A stretch of 63,967 nucleotides of DNA, counting the filler, from Intoshia linei (Eukaryota > Animalia > Orthonectida), in assembly GCA_001642005.1 (NCBI GenBank). It is 8 parts of 8 records of this genome, joined end to end, with 100 filler letters (N's around TTAATTAATTAA, not from the genome) between each part and the next. Parts side by side here need not be neighbours in the genome. Positions count along the whole stretch, not along the records: positions 53,999 to 56,333 come from LWCA01002347.1; positions 56,434 to 60,952 come from LWCA01001918.1; positions 61,053 to 62,764 come from LWCA01002519.1; positions 62,865 to 63,967 come from LWCA01002786.1; 4 more parts are not named here. The stretch is one strand, 5' to 3'. Shown in pieces: positions 54,226-63,967 of the stretch. Under the pieces are notes generated by a model. That model was not told the DNA's origin. It saw nothing but the letters and a program-made list of their open reading frames with translations, and searched no databases. Each line of letters starts with the position of its first letter. Position 1 is the first letter of the stretch. Made by a program: the position numbers and the translations under genes.

Positions 54226-54297
54226 TGTCCAAATCTCGATTCGAACCTAGCCACGCAGAATACAATTATATGACTATAACCACTCTGCCAGTTAAAC
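54226..54297 (-). pseudogene. Degenerate tRNA or tRNA-derived SINE head
   Basis: A box TGGCAGAGTGG and B box GGTTCGAATC at tRNA spacing, with an imperfect acceptor stem; the anticodon arm does not pair. Confidence 0.55.
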
Positions 54298-55009
54298 ATC
54301 ACAAGTGAGTTATATCAAAAGTATATATTCGAATCTCGATTAGTATGGTAGCGATATATCACTACATCAAATTTGAAAATTTAGGCATTAACTAATTATT
54401 AGATTAAAATTTGGTTAAGATTCAGATTTGTAAAATTTAAAACAATACAATGCACAATGCAGTGCAATTTTCACATGTAAATAATTGAATATTTCAAAAT
54501 CTAACTTTATTAACTTTTAAAAAATTCTAACATTTGAAAAAAATTTTAATTAGCCAATTAATATTGACAATATTGGTGCCATCATGCTGGTGTCTCAGAT
54601 GCTCATGCTGCAGTGAAATTTCACTGATTCCACTAGATTTAATGAATACGTCATCATTCATAAGAGTAGTACCTAGAATGCATAGTATAAGATCATTTAG
54701 CGGACATTCGATCAATTCAGTCGGAATCGGAAAAATAAAATTAGATATGATGGACAAACATGCCAACATGGATTCCATATAATGGACCTGAAATGCAATG
54801 CAATAATTGGAATTGATTTGTTAAAAAAATTAAAACTAAATTTAAATAAAATATTCATGATAATTAATTGATATTAATTAATTTTTAATTATAAGTATTA
54901 AACACCAATATACCTGAAAATATTCAATATTAGTACATATATCTAATATAATTTAAATATTATTATATATCATCATAATATAAGTATTATTATTTATATG
55001 TGATTTACC

Positions 55010-55461
55010 TTAGTCCAGTTATATCCGTTCCAATTTTTATGCTGTTTGGCCTATTATAATCCAGTCAATTGCATCTTTTTCGTTAATAAGGGTTTTCTGC
55101 ATCTAGCATAAGATCTTGAAGATACCTCAATCAATATATTGTTAACTGTTTTTCTAGATAATTTTTTGCATTCACTGCGCAAATTGCAGGCTATCTCACT
55201 ACTAGTCATAGATCGATTTTTTAACGACATTCGAACTCTATTTCGATCTATTCTTTCATTTGATACCCTTTTACATCCGCATAAATTTGTTCTGTTTTAT
55301 TCAAAACTTGAATTTGTAGAATTTTTTATTTTAATTTTTGATACTGCTGATTTTGAAATATTACAAATTTTTGCAATTTCCATTTAAGATTTCGATTAGT
55401 GCTCAAGCATAGCAATTACTTTAGATTTTGTTTCCGGTAATATATCTAATTTTTGACCCAT
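55010..55461 (-). pseudogene. Tc1 transposase N-terminal (paired-like HTH) fragment
   Basis: MGQKLDILPETKSKVIAML...EIAKICNISKSAVSKI...CGCKR....DR....MSLKNR..TSSEI, with internal stops. Confidence 0.8.
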
Positions 55462-56059
55462 TGTACATATTATTTTTTTGATAATAAAATATTCGTATGC
55501 CGTGGTGAGTCATATTTAATTAAGAATTCACTTGTTAATTGTTAATATAGGTCATTTAAGTACTTATAAAATATAACGACGAAAAAATTGCGCATTAAGA
55601 AATATATCTATAATACGATGGAGACACGTTAATGCGCAGGTATTCATTTGTGCCACTAGAGAATGTGTTTAATTATTAATTTTATACTTTTAACAGATAT
55701 TCACTGATAATATCTTTACATTATATATTTATTTATATACTATATACTATGCTGAAAGATTTAATAAAATTTATAAATTCTTTCTAATAATTTTTCCAAT
55801 GCTGTAATATCACTATTAAGATTGAAGATGATATTTATTGTTATTTATCTATATTATCAACCTAAGTTGAATTTGCTTGTTCGATTAAAAGCTCTTATTT
55901 AAATCTTACTAATTATACTACAAATTCAATATATCAAATTTATTTAAATGCAGCTATATGATATTATTTTGAAACCTAAAGCTTTGTTAAATGACGTAAG
56001 AGAATTCAATGTTGATGTGAAAACTTGGATTTCTGAAGTTATGTGAAGTATATGAATCA

Positions 56060-56333
56060 TCAATATAGATAATTATTGATGCCAAAAATGAACTATCGGC
56101 CAAGCAAAAGGCCTTGTTGATAAAATTTTTCATGGAAAGAGTAGCATGACAGCGTCTTAACTCAAACGTAAAAACTGAAATGTCTGTTGCTTCTATAAAA
56201 TTGGAAATTTCCAGGTGGCAGACATCCAATCAAATGTTTGAAGCTATAAAGTTTCAATCAATGAAACGAGAGACGACTAAGCCCTATGAAAGCTTCTTTA
56301 ACAGATCAACAGATCAGGCGTACAAATGTCAAT
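56060..56333 (+). pseudogene. Ty3/Gypsy-like gag fragment
   Basis: FEAIKFQSMKRETTKPYESFFNRSTDQAYKCQ fits the F...Q...E....F..RL...A..C gag pattern; in-frame stop upstream. Confidence 0.55.
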
Positions 56334-56689
56334 NNNNNNNNNNNNNNNNNNNNNNNNNNNNNNNNNNNNNNNNNNNNTTAATTAATTAANNNNNNNNNNN
56401 NNNNNNNNNNNNNNNNNNNNNNNNNNNNNNNNNGGTTAATTTCACATATATTGCTATGCCATCGATATAAATACTATAAAATTAACATAATTCTGAAAAA
56501 GTGCCCCAAAAACCGAGTATGCCCCAAAGCTGAGTCGGACTGTATTTGCATTTCAGTTTTATGCAAAAAAATTCGGCTCGTAGCGTCTAAGGGTTAATTA
56601 CAATCATTAATAATGGACTGTAAAAATATTATATTTATATTGATAATGTTGTTAATTTAAAAATATTTATAAATCAAGTTGTGATATTA

Positions 56690-57830
56690 AGGTAAGGCTC
56701 AATACGAATACCTATAGACAATGTTGACCAAAAAAATTTCAGCTATTTAATGATATCCATTTCATACAGATCTTGGAAAAAAGTTATTTGGTTGACTAGT
56801 GTACATTGTATATTGTTTGTCGTTTATTTAACCTAATTTTTTTTTATATAGATAAAATTACACATGGTGTAATTAACAATATTGAATGTGTAGATTCTGC
56901 AAATGTGATTATGGACACCCGACAAAATCAATGTTTTGTAGAAAATGAACATAAAATGTGTCATATGCTTTTAGCAACATCTTCAGTACCAAGTTTATTA
57001 TTATTGTAAATTATGTCAATTTTTAATATTTTGGGGGTAATTTTATAAATTTTTTGTTAATAAAACACTTCACAATTTTTGTCTAGGTCAGTGTGTCTCT
57101 GAAATTTATTTTTACAAAATTTAAATTAAGTTTAGATTACGCATCATGGAGACTTAGCACGGAAGGGACCTGGTTTATACAATCTTTAGTTAATTGTCTC
57201 ACTAAATATGCATATAATCATCACTTTTTGGATATTCTTACTTTAGTAATTTTATTTTAAATTATGTAAACTAGCGTGTCTGTTTGTAATTTGTATAATG
57301 GTTAACTTTTACTAATTTTTTCAACCAAAAAAAAGTATATTTCAGTATCTGGGGTATTTTTCTATGCTTAACAAAATGATAAATGTTATTTAATTTCGTT
57401 GAGAATAATCCTTGCGCATTTGCCATTTATCAATAACCTTCAAAAAAATAAAAATGAAATTCATTTCAGATAAGATTAGTAAGTTATTATCACAGGACTT
57501 CGATTAGTTCCACGTGATTACAATATTTACATAATTTCTTCGATTAATAATTATTATAATATATGATTTCACATACCATTCTTCGATTCGTGCTGTTAAA
57601 AGTCTTATTGCTTCAAGTATATTAAAAAAAATTTAAACGATATTGATGTTTAATATACCAATCATGGTTGGAATTTATAAATTCTGACCGGAATGGAACT
57701 GTTGGAAAAGATCACCAAATATCATCAAATTTGTATACAAATGAAAAATTTTTTTTAATTTTCAAGGCCTCATTATTATTTCGGGATGTGTGGCTCGTGC
57801 ACAGCTGGTTTGACTCTAGACTTGGATAAA
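56690..57830 (+). CDS. Possible multi-exon gene of unknown identity
   Basis: Several AG/GT-bounded segments with coding-like composition (e.g. 56852-56991, KITHGVINNIECVDSANVIMDTRQNQCFVENEHKMCHMLL); I could not assemble a model. Confidence 0.3.
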
Positions 57831-57888
57831 GGTCAAATACATTATAAAAACATTATAGGTAACTTTCCATATTAGTGATATGTTAGAT

Positions 57889-58287
57889 CGGGGATGCTCA
57901 ACCTTTTCAAACTTGTGGATTATATAGCTCTATAAGTAATTTTCTGTGGATCTCTGCATAATTTTCAGTTACAAACAATGCATTTGAAAATAAAAAATTA
58001 TTGCAATTAGCGTTTAGTGAAAATTACTTATAATGCATTCGCATATGAAACATGTTGAAGCTATGCCAGAGGGTATACGATTTATACTCGTTATCTTGTG
58101 GTTCGCAGCTCGAATCTAACAGTGTCACAAATTGTGAACACTTTTAAAAGTTTTGTAACAATTGTGTACTAAACATTACACAATAAATGAAAATAAGTAA
58201 AAATATTAAAGTGAGAATTTTATTTTTATATTCAAATTTGGCTGTGTACCACCAAAATTCTTCTGTGGACAACATTGGGCATCACTG
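57889..58287. mobile_element. hAT-type MITE with a perfect 8-bp TSD
   Basis: TGTTAGAT|CGGGGATGCTCAA...TTGGGCATCACTG|TGTTAGAT. Confidence 0.85.
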
Positions 58288-58439
58288 TGTTAGATAACCA
58301 TTAAACAATTTTTTCAGCTTTCTTTAATCGTCTCCATTTATTTCTTACATTTAATGATTATATAATTTAAATTTCATTATGATGTCTTGATTTTAAGTTC
58401 ATAAAATTTTGTTCTTGTAACGTAATAAAATAATAATCC

Positions 58440-58690
58440 ATATTTGGGTAACTGGAATTATAATTTAAGATTTGGGTCAATTGTTTCAAAATTAAATCGA
58501 AAATGTGAAATCTACAACCGATAAACTGTATTTTAAATTATTCAAATTTTTTTTGTAAAAGATTTACAGCACCCTAAGATTTTCCTGTATTTGCAGCAGT
58601 TGTATCAATATTAACTTTGTCTAACACGGTTAAAACAAACCAAGTGAAATTATGTAGAATAGATATCATCAATATTTAATTCCTCTTCTA
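58440..58690 (-). pseudogene. DNA transposase remnant (DTTA.NTG / C..H family, hAT-related)
   Basis: DTTAANTGKS*GAVNLLQ...FIGCRFHIFDLILK. Confidence 0.6.
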
Positions 58691-59825
58691 TAGTTATAAA
58701 TAATTATTTTTTTTCTGAAGATTTGCTAGTTATAACATTGAAAGATATTGAAGCTGGAACATCACCAGAAAATGATCTGTATATACAAAAGTATAAAACA
58801 TCATCATGTATTGAATCAAGTTGTAAATTATAATATAGCATTTCGTTGTTTTTTCTATATTTTAAACGTATGGTTTTAAGTAATGAGACGTAAGTAGCTA
58901 AATAATGATCGTAACCTGCTTGTACGTCATTATCGAACCAAAATCTAAATTTAGACGTTTTCGTATCAAAATATTTTTAAAATTACATTTTAACGATTTG
59001 ATATTATCCTCTATCATACATAAACACATCTTGGTGGAATATCACACAACCATAAGCTACATTAGCATCAGAATTGACCATTGTTAAAGTTATATTATCA
59101 AGTGTCATGTTATAAGTTGAATGGTTAAATATAACATATGGAGCAGTTATAGTACAGTTTTGTGAGACATTGCAACATAAAGCGTTGCGATCATTCTCCA
59201 CGTGCACCATATACGCTTTTCTTATGTTCGGTTTAGTATCAGGATACAGTTGAAATACCCTCAGTTCATGAAGGTATTTACTCCTTTTGAAGTCATCTGT
59301 GTTATTAAGTATTGGGCAACAACAATGATGATCATAGACCCTTTTTGAATTTAACCACAGGAAAAGCACCTACATCTTTTATCAGTACATCATAGTTTTT
59401 ATTCATAAGTGCAGTTCTATCCGTGATATGCATTTTTCGGTACATATACGCTTCACCCAATTTTCTTGTAGCTCTAGCATAACCGTGCGCGTCATTGTCG
59501 TTTGCGTGTGAAAAGTCCAAATGAAACATACTAAACGATTTAGATATTTTATTTTGTTTAGATGTATCATAATGTGTTTGATTTTTATGTTTTATTATTC
59601 GCAGAAGCAATTTCTTGGTCACGCGCTGTTGAAATCAAAAAATTTCGATACAGTGCCTTAATATCGTCAGATTGCATCGCATCAATATGCATAGACGTTT
59701 TTAAACCATCAAAAGTCGAATCATTTCTTTCAATGTCTGATAACGAATTCAAAAGCGCTAAATTCAATTTTGTTAAATCACGACCAGATCTATCAGAAGA
59801 TCTAATATCTAATGTGTCATTGTAA
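58690..59825 (-). pseudogene. Endogenous viral element: alpha-like superfamily (Martellivirales; nege/kita/virga-like) replicase methyltransferase-guanylyltransferase region
   Basis: Joined across frameshifts: FHLDFSHANDNDAHGYARATRKL...YDVLIKDVG...HHCCCPILNNTDDFKR...CCNVSQNCTITAPYVIFNHSTYNMTL...AYGCVIFHQDV...FRFWFDNDVQAGYDH. The H, DxxR and HS.Y motifs occur in the order seen in viral methyltransferases. No introns. Confidence 0.88.
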
Positions 59826-60689
59826 CTGCAAAAACAGTAAAATTGATAGTAAAACTAAAGATTATTATCAATATAAATATTAAATTCAAATAAGCAAATA
59901 TTTTAATCAAATCACAAAAGTAATCATATTCTACAATAGTATTATCTCTATAATAGATTTATATTTGTACACATTGTTAACATGTAATTTTAATATACGG
60001 TTATTATATTCTGATATTGTGGATTGTCTTATGTAGATAAAATATATAATATGTTTAACATGTGATATAATTAGTTTAAATTAAAGTGAAGTTATATTTT
60101 TAAGTGCACTGCAACTTAACTATTACAATATCTGTCCCAAGATTTGTCTCATTGATAATATGTTCATCGTTGAGGATACTGATGTTGCTGTCCGAATTGA
60201 GAGGAAAACATTAGACTTCTTAGAATTTTTTTTATTTTATTTGCTAGGTTTTAATATTGGACAATTTTAGGAAATGTGTCAATCTAACTTACAATTGTAA
60301 CAGCTATTTTCTCGTCACTCCCTGGTAGGTGGTTTGGAATATTAGGATTTACCATTGATAGAGGGGCATTGATGAATGAAAACATACGCCAAATTTTTTT
60401 ACATGTAAAGAATATAATATAAGTGTTTCGCAACTGCTCAGCTATTGCAGTTAGTCTCCACATTTAATTCCTCCCTGATTGTCTGAGGAAATTTATAAAT
60501 CAGTTCTTGTTCACACAAGTTACCTACATGTGTATCGTCCATTTCATGAAAACTAGATTTCATCTCGTTTTTCATAACTGCTAAAACTTCTGCTACAGAA
60601 TATTTCTTATATTAGGTCGTTTCATAAGTAATGTCGTTTTTTTAATAAAATTAAAAAGTTTATTTGATTACATTAAAAATAAAGTTATA

Positions 60690-60952
60690 TTATAAAATAT
60701 TCAACATTGCTTTCCAGTTTTTTCCAACGTTCCGGTAGTTTATTTATACCATTAGCGTAAAAATTCGCTTCTTTATTGGACAAAAAAATTTCTATGTCCA
60801 ATTTTAACCCTTCATTTGAAGTGTATTTTTTACCATAGTAATGGTTACTCATAGCTTTAAATAGGTAATAATCAGATGGTGCTAAGTCTGGTGAATAGGG
60901 TGGATGTGGTAATACTTCAAATTTTAACTCCTTTAGAAGCTGAGAGTTTTTT
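60690..60952 (-). pseudogene. mariner transposase C-terminal fragment
   Basis: FEVLPHPPYSPDLAPSDYYLF...FYANGINKLPERW. Confidence 0.93.
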
Positions 60953-61123
60953 NNNNNNNNNNNNNNNNNNNNNNNNNNNNNNNNNNNNNNNNNNNNTTAA
61001 TTAATTAANNNNNNNNNNNNNNNNNNNNNNNNNNNNNNNNNNNNNNNNNNNNACACTACACTACACACTAATGCTACTTATATACTAATACAACATTACT
61101 AATACTCATTTTAATATGATTAG

Positions 61124-62764
61124 ATTTCAATTGGATTAAATCATATTATTGTATTAACTAATGAACAGCGTGTATATGCTTGGGGTTCAAATATTTATGG
61201 ACAACTAGGGATTGATAATAATGTTACTGCATTTGCCAAAAATCCGGTTTACATCAAATATTTGACCAACAAATATATAATAAGGTTTTATTAAAGTAGA
61301 AAACTATATTTATACTTATTAAATGCAGTGTTACTTGTGGAGATGAATGCTCATTTTTTTTAAGTAAGACAGGATTAGTATTATCTTGTGGAAATGGAAT
61401 AAACGGATGTTTGGGAAACGGATCCATCGATAATCAATGTCAAACTCAAATTATCCAATCTCTCATTAGGCAAGTGATAATAGTTTATTATTCAAATATA
61501 TTTAATAGTGTTGATGTTACAACTATTACCGCCTGCAAATTATTTGTACTTGCTTTAACAAAAAACTTCCGCATTTACGTATGGGGAAATTTTTCTTCCT
61601 TTGATAATGAAACTGATAAACCCAGTACGAACACACCGAAAGCGTACACGTATTCTAAACGGAACATTATGTAAAATTTAATATTTATTTATACACACAG
61701 TCGTAATCCACTATAATGAACTTTCCTCATAATGAACAATCGAAAAAAAGTATCAAAAATTAAGCTTTATTAATAAATTGATTTTACTTTTTTATTTATA
61801 AATTTATTTTTTCCCTAATAATGATTGAATGATGACTGATAAAGACATCTTAACAGTGCTTATTTTTAAATTCCTTTTCAAAAAAGATGCATATGAACTA
61901 TCTCACATCACACTAAAATTTCAGAGTTTTATTGATAATATATGAATATTTATTTAAAAATAACTATAATTTCAATTTACGACTTTACAGAATTTTTTTG
62001 AGAATTTCAGAGAAAATTGATTTATTTTTATTCTTATTCTATATTCAATTAGATAGATTGAAAATTGTTATATAATTAAATAATTTATAAATAATATAAT
62101 TTCCTATTCTAATATAACTATGTCGATTTATATTTAAGCTTAATACTCTGAAAAAACAAACTTTTATTTTACATTCTTCTAGAAGTCTATAACTAGTGTT
62201 TAAATATATATTTTTTGCAGATTGTTTTTGAATTATCGTAAAATATAGAATTCAAGTTTAACATTAAACTAAAAAAAGTAAATCTAATTTATCATTTTAA
62301 TTTTTACTATTTTGATATTTAGTGTAGAGAATGGGCCTATTGGAAAAAGGGATTTTTCATTTTGGGGCTAGAATAATAGGTTTTTTTCATAAGATTAGGT
62401 AAAATCTGATTTTTCCTTTAAGGGTTAGTAAAATTGGATTTTTTATTTTTTGGTTGGATTAACTGAATTTTCTCATTAGGTTTGGTAAAATTGGTTTTTT
62501 AAAAAAACATTGTAAAAAGCGGATTTTTGCCTAGAATCGTATTTTTTATTAAATATTATTAAATTTTATTAATGCCGGTATCGTTAAATATAATTAGTTT
62601 TTTTGAAAAACCATGATTTATATTTTAGATACATTCCATTAGATATAACATATAACTGTGAAGATTTAATACGTGAATATGTAAATGGTACACTACAAAA
62701 AAAAAAAGATCCCCTACAATTCTGTGGTGGTTTCGATCGAATATTTTGCATTAACGATGGCCAT
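61124..62764 (+). CDS. RCC1-repeat exons, most similar to the NEK8/NEK9 C-terminal domain (internal fragment). Exons ~61124-61284, 61329-61469, 61509-~61648, 62630-62764
   Basis: ISIGLNHIIVLTNEQRVYAWGSNIYGQLG and VTCGDECSFFLSKTGLVLSCGNGINGCLGNG...IIQSLISVDV...VLALT...IYVWG. Confidence 0.75.
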
Positions 62765-62877
62765 NNNNNNNNNNNNNNNNNNNNNNNNNNNNNNNNNNNN
62801 NNNNNNNNTTAATTAATTAANNNNNNNNNNNNNNNNNNNNNNNNNNNNNNNNNNNNNNNNNNNNTAATTTGAATAAT

Positions 62878-63125
62878 GTGTAACACAAATTTAATATAAA
62901 ATTTAATTATAATACACAGTATTATATAATACATAAATCATTTAAGATTTAAATTTCATCAAATTATAAGTAATATTACATTTTAATAGGACGTAAAAAA
63001 TATAAAATATTATTTAAATAATATGTAACACAAATTTAATATAAAATTTAACTATAATTATACATTATAATATAACACATAAATCATTTACGATTTAAAT
63101 TTTATAATTCAATAAGTAATATTAC
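62878..63125. repeat. Two-copy degenerate direct repeat (period ~146 bp)
   Basis: TGTAACACAAATTTAATATAAAATTTAA...CATAAATCATTTA.GATTTAAATTT occurs at ~62879 and ~63024. Confidence 0.7.
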
Positions 63126-63967
63126 TGTTATATGTTATATGTGTGTGTATACTGTGGGTTATATGTTATATGTTACTGTTACGGTAGTTGTGTATATTAT
63201 TTATTTGTGTTTACATCACTAAGATAACATCGATGCCCGAAACCCTATAATGTATAATGACTTGTATACATATATTATATTTTTATTTAGTTTTTATCAA
63301 GAAAAATTTTCTAGTCAATTTTGTATATGCCGTCAAATTACGCATGTTTAACAATATTGTTTCAAGATAAAATGAAAACTTTGTTGAGTCAACATTTTAA
63401 TACATCAATGAAAATGATTNNNNNNNNNNNNNNNNNNNNNNNNNNNNNNNNNNNNNNNNNNNNNNNNNNTAAATTTGGGGACGAATCGATTGGTTTTATT
63501 AGTTATTAATACTACCATTTATTTACCTTATTAGATACTATACCTCTTGGAAATTACCAAAAATACAATTTATACATTTATTTAAAACCTTGGGAATATG
63601 TCTTATTAAAAAATCATTACAATCCAACATTTCGTTTGTTTTTGAACAATTCTATTCAGGTACATGGGAATCCAGTTTGGGAACATTTAAAATTAATATA
63701 TTTTACAGGATAAAACAAACAATTATAAAAGCGATGTAATTAACGATTTTTCTTGTATGCGTCAATTGGAAAGATTTTGTAGTAAAAATTCTAAATGTAA
63801 AATGCAAAAATTGTAAAATAAATTTATCCATTTGTATATTTTTTTCTCGGATTTTGGAATTCACTGATTTAGATTTTGAAGCAATTATTGGATTAATAAA
63901 ATATAAACAGTGGGGCACCAACTGTATTAAATGGAGCTGAACTTACCCTACCCATGTTTTTCCTGAA

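Noticed and set aside
54527-54790. Overlapping 82/83-aa ORFs on both strands
   Set aside because: Could be an exon of an unknown gene, but I cannot assign strand or family.
60300-60630. Possible piggyBac-like acidic N-terminus on the minus strand
   Set aside because: Too decayed; no catalytic motif or TTAA-bounded TIR found.
1-63967. CRISPR arrays, rRNA, prokaryotic defence systems
   Set aside because: No regularly spaced repeat-spacer array or rRNA-like sequence seen; the DNA is eukaryotic with spliceosomal introns.

Overview
Very AT-rich eukaryotic (animal) genomic DNA with many 34-40 nt GT-AG introns. This architecture and the gene content best fit a reduced spiralian parasite such as the orthonectid Intoshia linei; this is an inference, not a verified match. 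The window is not one contig: seven N-runs carry an artificial TTAATTAATTAA six-frame-stop linker, and there is one plain N gap. Host genes: coatomer gamma (COPG), the 3' end of S-adenosylmethionine synthase, an Msx homeobox gene, SNX27, a complete ~2435-aa type I fatty acid synthase, a compacted GPATCH1, the 5' ends of HYDIN and neurexin IV/CNTNAP, an unknown coiled-coil gene, and RCC1-repeat exons of a NEK8/9-like gene. Much of the rest is mobile DNA: a multi-copy non-autonomous Helitron, hAT and pogo-type MITEs, and decayed Tc1/mariner, hAT, PIF/Harbinger, Chapaev-like and LTR-gag fragments. The most notable observations are: (1) a decayed endogenous copy of a nege/kita/virga-like +ssRNA virus methyltransferase at ~58.7-59.8 kb; (2) blocks of transposon fragments that all share one orientation, resembling piRNA clusters; (3) a GPATCH1 that has lost the glycine-rich part of its G-patch; (4) strongly 3'-biased intron loss in COPG. 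All homology calls come from manual translation and remembered motifs; no searches were run.
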